Shown: piece by piece, positions 20,327-30,458 of the stretch
Position numbering within the stretch: position 1 is the first letter of the stretch
Layout: each line of letters opens with the position of its first letter
Source of the DNA: an uncultured virus (IMG/VR IMGVR_UViG_3300010379_000002)
Lineage: Duplodnaviria; Heunggongvirae; Uroviricota; Caudoviricetes
Length of the DNA: 64,000 nt
Strand: one strand, 5' to 3'
Virus record (IMG/VR): IMGVR_UViG_3300010379_000002
Position numbers and translations under genes: made by a program
Notes under the pieces: model-generated
What the model was told of the DNA's origin: nothing
Database searches by the model: none
What the model saw: the letters and a program-made list of their open reading frames with translations, nothing else

Positions 20327-20540
20327 GCTGCCCTGTGAGCTTGTGGTGACGCCATCCGCCTCTCCGGGAGAAAGTGACGGAAGCGTAGGTTACTCTACGC
20401 TTCCGTTCGGCCAGTCCAGTCCTTAGCTTGGCTGTTGCTCCCGATAACATCGGGAGGCGGCAAGTTCGGAAAGGACCCCTAGCAGTGGGGCGAGCCGCGT
20501 GCGCACGCGGAAGGCCTGTTCCCCGCCCCACTGTGTTTGC
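20327..20540. ncRNA. Candidate structured intergenic RNA
   Basis: Perfect stems 20377-88/20395-406, 20438-45/20449-56, 20419-24/20471-76 and 20483-92/20524-33. Confidence 0.45.
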
Positions 20541-21215
20541 TTACTCGAAGTCGGCGGCGGTGTCCTCGACGGCCTCTGTGCCGCCAGCATCGCTCTCGTC
20601 GGCAAACTCCTCGGTGTCTGCGCCGAAGTCGTCTGCGGCCGAACGAACCGAGTCAAGACGCTCGCCTTCGCTCAGCTTCTTCAAGCTGTTCAGCCCGAGC
20701 GCAATGCCCTTGCCGATATTGTTGAACGCGAACGGCGTGACCGTCGCCCGCGCGTAACAGCCGGCGTAGAACTCGTCGGCACCGATGCCGGTGTTCAGAT
20801 CGCGTGCGTGCACCACTTGTGGCTTCACTTTCTTCGCCGACATGGTGACGTAGACAATACCCGGACCGTAGCCCGTGTATTCCTTTTCTTCGCCGCGATG
20901 GAAGGGCAGCTTGTAGACGCTGCGATCCAGTTCCCCCATCGGCTTTTTGAAGGCGTCCATGGAGACCCGATTGCACTCGGCGATCAACGCCGCCCAATAG
21001 TCCTTCTCTTGCTTGGACCAAGATTCGGGCACCTTGATAAGAGTGCCGGTGCCGCCGGTCTTGAGAGGGCCGACCGCGAAGCCTTCGAACAGTGCAGCGC
21101 AAGAAAAGCGGGCACTCTCCTCGCTCTGTCCCTGAAACACGCGCTTTTCAAATACGTCCGGGAACGATACCCGGAAGCGCGGCGTGATGAGTCGTTTTCT
21201 CGTTGCTTTTGCCAT
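20541..21215 (-). CDS. DUF2815 single-stranded DNA-binding protein
   Basis: RVSFPDVF, FYAGCYARA...F.FNN..KGIALGLN...GERL...AADDF, acidic tail ending in FE. Confidence 0.88.
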   Translation of the reverse strand: MAKATRKRLITPRFRVSFPDVFEKRVFQGQSEESARFSCAALFEGFAVGPLKTGGTGTLIKVPESWSKQEKDYWAALIAECNRVSMDAFKKPMGELDRSVYKLPFHRGEEKEYTGYGPGIVYVTMSAKKVKPQVVHARDLNTGIGADEFYAGCYARATVTPFAFNNIGKGIALGLNSLKKLSEGERLDSVRSAADDFGADTEEFADESDAGGTEAVEDTAADFE

Positions 21216-21335
21216 GAGACCACATCCTTTCTCTGTTCACTGTTTCAACAAGTCTTAGGCAACTGTTTGATGACTGTTTTTGTTGGTATTGTCAAGTCGA
21301 ACTGTCTTTACGCAATGCGAGACATGCTTTTCCGG

Positions 21336-21364
21336 TTGACACCCAAGCCTACTAGCACTATATT
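21336..21364 (+). promoter_or_regulatory. Sigma70-type promoter, probably leaderless
   Basis: TTGACA-N17-TATATT, 6 nt before ATG 21371. Confidence 0.6.
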
Positions 21365-21370
21365 GGACTC

Positions 21371-21755
21371 ATGACAATAGCCGCCTCACGCCATGACATT
21401 TTCCAGTGGGAAAACCAGCCTTTCCCGCGCACCCTGCCACAGTTCCAAAAACTGTTCCCGGATGACGCTGCTTGCGCCAAATGGCTTGAAGGCGTGAAGT
21501 ATCCGGGCGGGTGCTCCGATGCCGCCATTGTCAAGCGGACGCGCCGCTGACCGCCGGAACGGTTATGCAGGACACCAGGACGCCACTGGCGACTTGGTTT
21601 TGGGGTGCCTACCTTGCGGCAACCTCGACTCCGGGCATTTCGACAGTGCAGTTCCAGCGCCAGCTTGGTCTTAGACGCGAAACCGCTTTCCAAATCCTGC
21701 ACAAGCTCCGCGCTGGAATGGTGCGCCCTAACCGCGATCCCATTGGCGGCAATCT
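21371..21755 (+). pseudogene. IS1595-family transposase remnant (internal deletion with frameshift, truncated)
   Basis: FPRTLPQFQKLFPDDAACAKWLEGVKYPGG, then in another frame RCRHC...TAGTVM..TRTPL..WF...GIS..Q.QRQLGL..ETA...LHKLR.GM. The DDE domain is absent. Confidence 0.85.
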
Positions 21756-22292
21756 GGCGCGAGATAGATTCTGCCGGTGCTCAAATGAGCGCGGTGGCTT
21801 TTTCTTCCCAAGTTGAGCGCGAGATATTCTCATACGCGCTTCTGGCCCATGTCTAGGACCGCGCATTTTTTCTATCGACTCGGGCGAATGTTTACGCCCT
21901 GTAAGAGTTGCAGCTATTCGGGCACGCGTCTCGGTAGTCTGTGGATGTCTTTTTCCGCGCATAGCCTGAGACTGTTTTTCAAGACTTCGCGGCAGTCTAT
22001 TTTTACCGTTGCGCCCGCGCTCCCCGCCAGCCGCTAAATTCAAACCAAGAGGCCAACGAGTTTGAAAGACTTCAATAGCGCGCGGTTCAAGTCCATAAAG
22101 ATATTCCGAAGTCCCAACAACAAGAACACAAAGTGCGACCTGCTCACGACCGACTAACCGAATAGCCGAACCAACCTCGGTTCTCGCCGCGCAATGTTGT
22201 TGAAATCGCCGTCTCGCGTTTAGCGCGACCCCGATATACGCCCGGCCATTCGGAAATGTCAGTTTGTAGAGTTCAGCCACGGTGTAACCCAA
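21609..22292 (-). CDS. GIY-YIG homing endonuclease with NUMOD3 repeats
   Basis: LYKLTFPNGRAYIG...RRF.QH, LN...GG, repeats such as HSPESIEKM and ETRARIAA..TGRK. Confidence 0.85.
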   Translation of the reverse strand: MGYTVAELYKLTFPNGRAYIGVALNARRRFQQHCAARTEVGSAIRLVGREQVALCVLVVGTSEYLYGLEPRAIEVFQTRWPLGLNLAAGGERGRNGKNRLPRSLEKQSQAMRGKRHPQTTETRARIAATLTGRKHSPESIEKMRGPRHGPEARMRISRAQLGKKKPPRSFEHRQNLSRARLPPMGSRLGRTIPARSLCRIWKAVSRLRPSWRWNCTVEMPGVEVAAR

Positions 22293-22454
22293 CTAGACTA
22301 GGCAAGGATGTGTGTGGCCGATTTGCAACGGCCTGTCAAGTGTCTGATTTCGTTTTAGATTTATTCGGAGAGTAGTTAAGAACGGGGCACGTTGTACAAA
22401 AACAAATCGGCGACCGCGCGAGTCGCCGATTTGATGAACTCAAGAACGTTTGTA

Positions 22455-23879
22455 TCAGTCGTCAGTGTCCGGCTTCGGCGGATACGGCCAATACACATCG
22501 CGAAGCCGCTTGTAGTCTTGATGATCCTTCGGCCATTCGAACACAAGACTGCTCGACTTGATCTTATTCGCCGCTCCGAGTCGCGCGTTATAGCCGATCT
22601 TCTTCGTCTCCAAGAAGGGGCCGCCCATCAACCACGCTAGATGCCGGGGCTGAGCCTTCCTAATTTCGCGGTCGGCCGCGTTAGAGAAGGCGTCCTTGTG
22701 AAGTGCTCCCGGCGTCATCCCGTTCATAGTCTCGCGTAGCCGATCACTTGCGTTTTTGGTCCTAAAAACCGCGCGATTGCGGCCGATCAGCACAGCAAGA
22801 AATGCCATATGAGTGCTGGTGACATTTGGGGAGCTGCCCCACGAAGTATTCTTGACATGGTTGAGTACCAAATCAAGCACATCCGTTGTCTCGTCGCCCA
22901 TATACCACGCAAGCACGCAAGCATTGAGCGATATATGGTGACCTTTTGCCGCCTTTCGACCGCCGGTAATCTCGAACTTATTTTTCTCGACACACGTCAT
23001 TATCTTGTCGGTCATTTCGTTAGTGCCACGATCCGCAAGCCATTCGTCGAGCGGCGAACCTTTAGTGCGCTCTTTCAGGTCCCATTTATACCAGTCGCGC
23101 TCCTTCTCGTATGACAGGTCAACGGCGAGCCGCACCGGCAAGGAAGTAACCGGGCGATCCTTCTGTTGCTCCGCCATCCACCACCGACCAGCGCCACAAA
23201 TGATATTGATACGGCCTGTTTTGGAGTTGAGGTTTCCGACGAGAGGGTCCATGATCGACAGGTCAAAACCCCCGCGACGCCGCAGATGCCCGTTAAGAGC
23301 GTTGCGGCGTGTCTGGTTTTTCCATGGCGAGCGGTTGCCGTGGTAGTCCGGCAAATCAAAGAGAGAAACCCTGACCCACTTGACAACGAATAACCCGGCC
23401 GCCCACGGCGGGCACCGGCCAAGGTCCGGCGGCAATGCCGCCTCCGTAAACGGTATGTCCGGGATAATCACCTTATCGGCGAATGCGCCGGGAGCACCTG
23501 TACGGCGCATACGACCTTCCTTTATCGCCGTTTCCTTAGCCGCGATAGCCTCTCTCAACTTTGCGCCTATCACACCCTCGGTTCTAGTTTGGTCTAACAT
23601 GTTCATACTCCTACCGCCGTAGCGGTCTACTGACGGCCACATATACGTGGCGTCGTTGTCAAGAAAACGAAGTCCGTCATTGTCGCGTAACCTTTCGAGA
23701 CAACACCGAGATGTAGCCTCATAAGATTCCACGTGTTTGAGAGGACGACATTGGTCTCGCAAAGGCTTACCAATTCTGTAAACATCCTCAAGACGAAACT
23801 CGCGTCCGCGCTCTATATCGCCGCCCCTATCACGGGGCAGGATTCTAGCTCTGAGCAGCGTCGTGAATCTCGGAATCAT
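22455..23879 (-). CDS. Protein with a putative DpnI-C-like winged helix and a ParB/Srx-like domain
   Basis: N-terminal EFRLEDVY...R..LERLRD...LRFL....Y; central INIICGAGRW resembles the ParB/Srx IIDGxxR motif. Confidence 0.5.
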   Translation of the reverse strand: MIPRFTTLLRARILPRDRGGDIERGREFRLEDVYRIGKPLRDQCRPLKHVESYEATSRCCLERLRDNDGLRFLDNDATYMWPSVDRYGGRSMNMLDQTRTEGVIGAKLREAIAAKETAIKEGRMRRTGAPGAFADKVIIPDIPFTEAALPPDLGRCPPWAAGLFVVKWVRVSLFDLPDYHGNRSPWKNQTRRNALNGHLRRRGGFDLSIMDPLVGNLNSKTGRINIICGAGRWWMAEQQKDRPVTSLPVRLAVDLSYEKERDWYKWDLKERTKGSPLDEWLADRGTNEMTDKIMTCVEKNKFEITGGRKAAKGHHISLNACVLAWYMGDETTDVLDLVLNHVKNTSWGSSPNVTSTHMAFLAVLIGRNRAVFRTKNASDRLRETMNGMTPGALHKDAFSNAADREIRKAQPRHLAWLMGGPFLETKKIGYNARLGAANKIKSSSLVFEWPKDHQDYKRLRDVYWPYPPKPDTDD

Positions 23880-24068
23880 GGAATCGTGTAACCACGCCTG
23901 AGTCTAAGTGTCAAGTGGCTGACAAGAATCGTGACCAAAAACCGCTCTTAGCGGGGAATTGTTGGCTCGTACCTCGTCAGCCGTTCGCATTGATTCAGAC
24001 TTCGGACTCGGCGTCAATAGGCATCAATCCAGATGGTTAACGCAACGTAGCTGAGCGGTGGGAGATCA

Positions 24069-24650
24069 TTAGGCACTCGGCGGCAGTGGAACGATACAGT
24101 AGACGATCTTTATTTGACCGGCGTCCATGCCCTCACTCGGATAGCCGACCTTCGCGAATAGCCACGCCGTCTTGGTCGGATTGCCTTCAATCTCGCGCGT
24201 GATCTTGTTGCCGGAAAAATGGAACGTCAGATTGCCGGTGATCGCCGGGCGATACTTCGGAGTGTAATGGGTCGAACCGTCCGCTTCCTTGCCGTTTGGC
24301 ACCATGATGATCTTTGCGCTCGGGTCTATAACATGCGCGGTGCCGTTCTCCTCTTTGCCACTGTGCGGCGGATAGGCATCCTCGTCGATGATGATCGGGT
24401 AGCCATCGCCAGCATTGCAACAACTCTGCGGCGCCGCTTCGACGACGGTGCCGTTTGCCTTGTCATCCACGACATCAGTGCGCGTGAGCGCCTCAAACCA
24501 CCGAGCGCGGTCCTCATCAATATACTCGATATTGTCAGTCGGATCGGCCGGACGATCAAACCCTTGCGCACGAACGATGCTGTAGCCTAGGCCGTAAAAC
24601 AGCCCCAAGGAAGCGGTGCGAGCGAGAAACGAGCGTCGGTTCACGGCCAT
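24069..24650 (-). CDS. Putative Tat-exported protein (SCC motif)
   Basis: NRRSFL twin-arginine motif plus a hydrophobic stretch; SCCNAGD; C-terminal YCIVP. Confidence 0.65.
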   Translation of the reverse strand: MAVNRRSFLARTASLGLFYGLGYSIVRAQGFDRPADPTDNIEYIDEDRARWFEALTRTDVVDDKANGTVVEAAPQSCCNAGDGYPIIIDEDAYPPHSGKEENGTAHVIDPSAKIIMVPNGKEADGSTHYTPKYRPAITGNLTFHFSGNKITREIEGNPTKTAWLFAKVGYPSEGMDAGQIKIVYCIVPLPPSA

Positions 24651-25297
24651 AGACATACCACAATATAGAGGGTGCCAAAAAACAAACCGATGGCGAGCAA
24701 CAGCCGCGACATGCGGATAGCGCCACGCCCGCGTCGGAAGCGTTCTTCCTCGCCCTCCTCGGTGCCCCACGGATGCGCGACGCACGGCGCATCGCAGTCG
24801 GGATCGTTCTCGCAACAGATAAAACGCTCCATGCGATACCCTGGATATTCTCGATTGTTGCCGCCCTGTCGCCAGCCCTGTAGATCGCTGTCAGGATAAT
24901 AGCGGTCACCCACTGTCACGCCTCCTTGTGCTGGTTCTCGTCAGTTATTTGGCCCACAGCTTCCTTGAGCAAAGCATCAGCGTCAGGGAGGCTCAAGTCC
25001 TCAAAGACATTCCCACTACTCGGCGTCACGGGAATGAACTCAGGCACAACACCCACGGAAACCGGCGGCTGTTGGCCGACACAGCAAAGCTCGACGACGC
25101 CGCCGCCATTGAGTAGCGCCAATTCTTCGGCGTCCGGCTTCCACGCGCTGTAATGGTAGTTATAGAGACCGACCGGCTCGACACGCACCGGCAGCGTGCC
25201 GCATGGACCGTCGCGCTCCTCATCCCAATTACGCGGCTTAGCGAAGTCGGCGTTTGATCCTCTAACATTTACCCATTTCATAGATGTCCTCCTTTGC

Positions 25298-26632
25298 TCA
25301 TGTCCCGAACTCCTCCTCGTCATTCCCAAAGTCAGATGCGGCAATGCTCACAGGATCGACCGCATCCCGTGCGTCAGTGCCGGGCGCAATGCTGAGCTTG
25401 CCGGGCGGTTTCTTCGCAAGCGAGTCAACGATCTTCTTGAGCGTCTTTTTGTCTTTGCCAGGGATCGTCGTCTTTTCGATTTGCGCGGGTGACTTCATCC
25501 TCGGCGCCGCGAACAAATAATCGTCAGAGATACCCCACTTTTCATTGAATACACCCTGCACCGTTACTTCGTCGGGCGACCACGCCCGGTTTGACTTGCC
25601 GCGTACCAGCTTCCAGTCACCCACTGGATTGCGATTACAAAGTTCGATCTGAATGCGAGCGCGGATGTCGCGTGCCCACTGGTCGAGCAACGGAATCCAT
25701 CTAGCCTTGCGGGCGAGCGCCGCACGGTATTCGGTTGGTTCGTCGTAAACTTCCGGTCCCCCCTTGTCTAAAGCCAACTGCGGCACCGGCAAGAACTCCT
25801 CCGGGTCCGCCCCAAAGTCGGCGGCGGCTTCGTCCTTGGCGAGCGCCTCAAAGGCTTCACAATTCACCTTGGCCGGGCAATACATGCACCACTCGCCAGC
25901 CCGCAACGGCGCGTTCGGTGCCGACGTTGCGTCGGCTGCTTTCTTCAATTCGACTTCGAAAGTCAGCAACTCGTCACGCGTGTAGATCGCGGTACGGATA
26001 ATACCATCTTCGTGCGTGGCGTTTGGCTGCACAAGATGCACCACCACGCCGAGCGCCTCGGGGTGCTCGTGGAGCAATCCCACAGCATAGTTCTTCATCT
26101 GCTCATTGTCCAACACTTCGACGATCACGCGACCATTTTTGTAGTCGAGCAAATGAATCCAGCCGTCGCCGAGCGGATCGTTGTCGATCAGCGTCACGTC
26201 GGCGGTGCCCCCGAGACGTGAGTCGAGCCACGTCATATCGAGGAAGCGTTCAGTGAAGATCGCCGGATCAACCATTTCGGCGGTGAGGCGGTCAACCTCG
26301 TCGATCATGGTTTGCACGCCGTAGACCATTTCGTCGTTCACCGGGAACGCAAACCAGCCCGGCTTTTCGGACAACGCCAGCGGATCGTCGCTCGCGAAGA
26401 TCAGCGTTTCCTCCTCGCCGGCTTGCTGGACCTGGACGATGTAGCCCCGAAACGCCTCGGCATTTCGGTCGCCTTTTTCGAGCATGAACTGGATGACTTT
26501 ATGCGCCGCCGTGCCCATCATGGCGGGCATACCAGCTTGGTTCGGCTCGTCGCCGATCTTGCGGATCGAACCGGGACAGTGCATCCAACGCGAAGCACTG
26601 CTAGGACTAAGTTTCGCGTGCTTACCCGCCAT
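25298..26632 (-). CDS. DUF2800 Cas4-like PD-(D/E)XK nuclease
   Basis: HAKLSPSSASRWMHCPGS, GTAAH, GTAD, DYKNG, Q...YA.G, WCMYCPAK..C, KLVRG..NR.W. Confidence 0.9.
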   Translation of the reverse strand: MAGKHAKLSPSSASRWMHCPGSIRKIGDEPNQAGMPAMMGTAAHKVIQFMLEKGDRNAEAFRGYIVQVQQAGEEETLIFASDDPLALSEKPGWFAFPVNDEMVYGVQTMIDEVDRLTAEMVDPAIFTERFLDMTWLDSRLGGTADVTLIDNDPLGDGWIHLLDYKNGRVIVEVLDNEQMKNYAVGLLHEHPEALGVVVHLVQPNATHEDGIIRTAIYTRDELLTFEVELKKAADATSAPNAPLRAGEWCMYCPAKVNCEAFEALAKDEAAADFGADPEEFLPVPQLALDKGGPEVYDEPTEYRAALARKARWIPLLDQWARDIRARIQIELCNRNPVGDWKLVRGKSNRAWSPDEVTVQGVFNEKWGISDDYLFAAPRMKSPAQIEKTTIPGKDKKTLKKIVDSLAKKPPGKLSIAPGTDARDAVDPVSIAASDFGNDEEEFGT

Positions 26633-27074
26633 AACGTGTCTCCGCTACTTGCTTAGCTTCTCTGGCTGTTTGGAAATGACCGAGCGACTTAAACCGACCG
26701 GCGTCCCGGCAATATGCTTGCCATTTTCGCCGGGACGGACGATAGCGCACATTCCTTATTCCCGATGACGAGTCATATCGTACACCGACGTTGCGTCGGT
26801 TAGCGGGCACGTCGCGGTATTGGAGATTTCTTAGTGCATTGTGCGCACGATTACGGTCTTTGTGGTCACTTTCGAGGTTGCTTTCGCCCCTAAAGCACGC
26901 GAGAACAACCCTATGAACGCGCAGAGTCAAATATCCGCTACCCATCCAGAACGAGAAGATGCGATAGCCATCCTTATCCGGGCGGTCTTTTAGTTGTCGC
27001 CCATTTCGGAATACGCGACCGTCGCGGGTCGCGGACAAACCGGGGATTGATGGATGCTTAGCGTGTTGAGTCAT
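26622..27074 (-). CDS. HNH endonuclease with AP2-like C-terminus
   Basis: VHRVV...F...DHKDRNRAHNALRNL, SGIRNV...KWQA...SLGHF.T..EA. Confidence 0.85.
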   Translation of the reverse strand: MTQHAKHPSIPGLSATRDGRVFRNGRQLKDRPDKDGYRIFSFWMGSGYLTLRVHRVVLACFRGESNLESDHKDRNRAHNALRNLQYRDVPANRRNVGVRYDSSSGIRNVRYRPSRRKWQAYCRDAGRFKSLGHFQTAREAKQVAETRYGG

Positions 27075-28193
27075 CTACTTTCTCGCAGGTAAAATTCGGC
27101 ATTGCCCGCTTTCGGCGCGGCTGTTGCATTTCTCGGGGCAACGATGCGAAGCCTCGAACGCACTGCCAACTACAGAAGTCGGACAGATCAGTTAAAAAGA
27201 AAATCAGGCATCGACATCTTCCGGTTCGAGAGCCGCTACAAAAATCTCCTCACCGATGATTGGAGGAGTCAGTCCTGATTGTTTGACCCCCAGGACTATG
27301 CAAGGGCCGCCGCCTTCGAACTCGTAACGGGTCTTGCGAGAGACGTTGCCGACCCGCTTGGAGACTTCGATGGCTTTGACGCGCAACGTACCAAAGCCTT
27401 GCGACGCGTACCACGCCGCCTTCTTCGCAGCACGCTCGGGGTCGATGGGGTAGCGAGACACGTCGGGCGCATCCGGACCATACTTGGCTGTGAAAGCGTC
27501 GAACGCCTCGTTCAACTCAGAGAAGTCGTCCTCGATCCACACCGGCTCGTCGGGGAAGATGGATTTAGTGCCGAACTTGGTGTCCAATGCGTCGATCAAC
27601 TCGGCCTCTGACATCCGGCTCGGCTCTCGCATTTCACTGTCCTCGGTGTGACCCATTATTCTATCTCCTCATACACTACTTCAACGCATCCATCTGGCGT
27701 GCGCTTGACTGCGATGCGCTCGCCCTTAGGTGGCGCGGGTATCTCATGTGTCGTCGAGTGCTCCCGAGCCTTGATGACCGCTTGCGCAGAACCATCGGGT
27801 CGGAAAAACACTACAATATCGCACGTCGGATCGGTCACGGCAAGCACTCGGCGCGTCATTGTTTCGTCCTCAAAATCTGTTGCTTCACTTGGTCTGGCGT
27901 CGGCGCCAAGCGCTTAGTCAGTTTATTGATGAAGTCAAATTGCGCTTTTATCATAGCTTTGCACGCGGTATCCAACATCATGCCGGGCATTTCGCTTCCG
28001 TGCGTGCTGAGCGTATGCCAGGACCCTCTCGGGTTCATGTTGTCCTTATTGGTGCGTGTGAACTGCTCGACGCGGAACGTACAGAAGTCCTGTTTGGCGG
28101 AGACACGAAAGATGCGCGTCGGATGCGCGAATACGAATGCCACGAAGCCGGGATCAGTCTGGTTAAGCAGGTCGGCGAGCGCCTGGGGTATGT

Positions 28194-28739
28194 TCATGCC
28201 GCGACGGCGACTAGCCGCTCCCTTGGATACGCCCATCTAATCGGCTCGGCTTGTTGCCACGGGCGCTCAAGATATGCAAGCCATATTTTTGCTCCGCGAA
28301 CACCGTTCGCTGCCGTCTGCCCGGTATTGCATTGGTGACAGCACCACCCACGAAACCGACCTGTTTCATGGCAATGATCGAAATGAAATCCGCGAGTTGA
28401 TTTTTGGTTGCAACATTCACATAAATCGGGAGGTAAGCGATTCGGTATTTCAATCCACATTCCTGAGTCATAAGCTATTTTTCGCGCTCGATTTTCAAGT
28501 TTAGCCCGATATTTCTTCATTCGCGCGCCTATCTGTACTTTGTTTTGGGCATAATAGCGCCGACTCTTAACCTGCATAGGCACTTTGTTCTCGGCATATT
28601 GCGCAGCCTTTATCTTCTTTACTCGTGTTCGGTTTTGAGCGTACCACGCAGCCGACGTTTCCTCTCTCCGCCTCTTAACCTCTGGTCGAGCACGGTATGC
28701 GGCGTCCTTCTTTCTTCGCGTGACCCTCTTTTCGATCAT
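28194..28739 (-). CDS. Endonuclease VII-family nuclease
   Basis: Basic helical repeats, then CECC...DHCHETGRFRGWCCHQCN. Confidence 0.85.
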   Translation of the reverse strand: MIEKRVTRRKKDAAYRARPEVKRRREETSAAWYAQNRTRVKKIKAAQYAENKVPMQVKSRRYYAQNKVQIGARMKKYRAKLENRARKIAYDSGMWIEIPNRLPPDLCECCNQKSTRGFHFDHCHETGRFRGWCCHQCNTGQTAANGVRGAKIWLAYLERPWQQAEPIRWAYPRERLVAVAA

Positions 28740-29764
28740 GCAAATCCTCGGCCAAAACGATTTTTCACAAAAGCCTCAAGAGGGATGTTCTCTTGCCGAA
28801 TGAAACCGCGCTGTTCTATCGCGCCTTCGGTCAATAAGTCAAGCACCGCACAAGTTGCACCCGCCGTCGTCGTCTGTAAGGCGCTGCGACCGGGCACGCC
28901 GAGCACTACTTTGGAATAGGTCAACTGCCGAAGCAGGCCGCCGCCAATGCCGGTCGCCGAAATCGAAATCAAAACGACATCTTGATCTATTAACGGCAGA
29001 GCGCGTGCGAGCGCGTTCTTAAGTTCGACACGGCTAAGTCCCATGTCCTCTATTAAAAACCGCATGAGCTTCGCGTGTCCGGGATACCGGATGGTCTTGT
29101 AGTTGATCGTCCGGGCTTTGGGAAACGAATCGCAAAGCGTGCCAATACCTCCGGCGGTAGTGAACGCCTCATACTGACCGCCCTCGACGGTCAGTTCCTC
29201 AACATCGACAAGCGGAGGCACTTTGCAGTGCTCGCCTTCACGCACTACGTCAGCCCATCCGTGGTACTGATTTACGAGACCGTCAAGATTCCAGGTCTGC
29301 GCGTAGCCGAGCATATTGTTCGGGTGACGCGGGAGCGCCCCGACGCGAATCTTTAGAGTGTCGAGCTTCTCGAATTTACGAGCCATATGCCCGGCTATAA
29401 TCGAGACAACACCCGGCGCCAATCCGCATTGCGGAATGATTGCTACGCCACAAGCGGCTTCGCTCATGATTGGCAGAGTCTCGGCAAGGTCGCGCAACTC
29501 GCGGGTAACTTCGACATCCTCAGTCATGTCGAGATAGTGGGCACCACCCAACACAGCCTTCGTAGCAAGCGGAACTGATGTGAAGTATGGCGCCGCATTG
29601 ATAACTGCGAACGCGCCGACAAGATCATCGTCGTCCAACACGTCTTTTGCCACGACTTCATATCGCAGCGGAGCGGGGTTCTTGAGGATCGCCGCAATAG
29701 TCGAGCCGACACGCCCGAGACCTTGAAGCGCGATCTTCTTAAGTTGGGGTTGTTCATCGGTCAT
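28736..29764 (-). CDS. Saccharopine dehydrogenase-like protein / lysine 6-dehydrogenase
   Basis: GLGRVG Rossmann motif, HYLDMTEDV, IPQCGLAPG, RVGALP, DGLVNQY, EAFTTAGG, YKTIRYPGH. Confidence 0.85.
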   Translation of the reverse strand: MTDEQPQLKKIALQGLGRVGSTIAAILKNPAPLRYEVVAKDVLDDDDLVGAFAVINAAPYFTSVPLATKAVLGGAHYLDMTEDVEVTRELRDLAETLPIMSEAACGVAIIPQCGLAPGVVSIIAGHMARKFEKLDTLKIRVGALPRHPNNMLGYAQTWNLDGLVNQYHGWADVVREGEHCKVPPLVDVEELTVEGGQYEAFTTAGGIGTLCDSFPKARTINYKTIRYPGHAKLMRFLIEDMGLSRVELKNALARALPLIDQDVVLISISATGIGGGLLRQLTYSKVVLGVPGRSALQTTTAGATCAVLDLLTEGAIEQRGFIRQENIPLEAFVKNRFGRGFA

Positions 29765-30458
29765 GATTTGAGCCGCTTTTTGATCCATTTGATTTGATGT
29801 TCAAGATCGTCGATGACACTGAGCGCGTACACATCGGCTGATGCTTTGTAGTAGTCGGGATTCCACATGCCTTCCGTCAACGTCACAAGCGTCATACTTA
29901 TGGTACGACCCATACGTGAAATATGCCGAGTGAACTCGGCATTCGTGAGTGGCTGTTTGGGGGACTTGCTCATGAGTCGCTTCCGACTAGATGCTTCGAT
30001 CCTTCGTACCAACGCCGCAATAAGCCTAGTTCGTGGGTCACTGTCAAGAGCTTCGGCTCGGTTTTATCCAAAATGTTGCGGGCTGAGCAGGCGTCGGCGC
30101 TCGCTGGCTTGATCGACTCCATGAGTTGCAGGTAGGCACTAACGACATCGGCTTTGCTGCGCTTCATGAGGCTGCGGTAGGACACTCGATAGTTGATCGT
30201 AACGATGCTCATAGCGCCTTGTCCGACGTGTCCGCGAGTTCCGCGTACCGAGCGTTTACTCCCGCGAGATAGTACCACCATTCGTCAGGCACCGGGTTAA
30301 TGTGATTCCGAACATAGATAAACGTTGGTCGCTCACCGTCGATTTGATCGGGTGTAAACGCCGCACGTAGCGGAGACATCAAGAATGTGCGGCGACAGAA
30401 CTCGGCAACCTCCGTCTGTTGACCGAAGTAGCAGTAGACCGGCGGCGTCGATAAAGCA

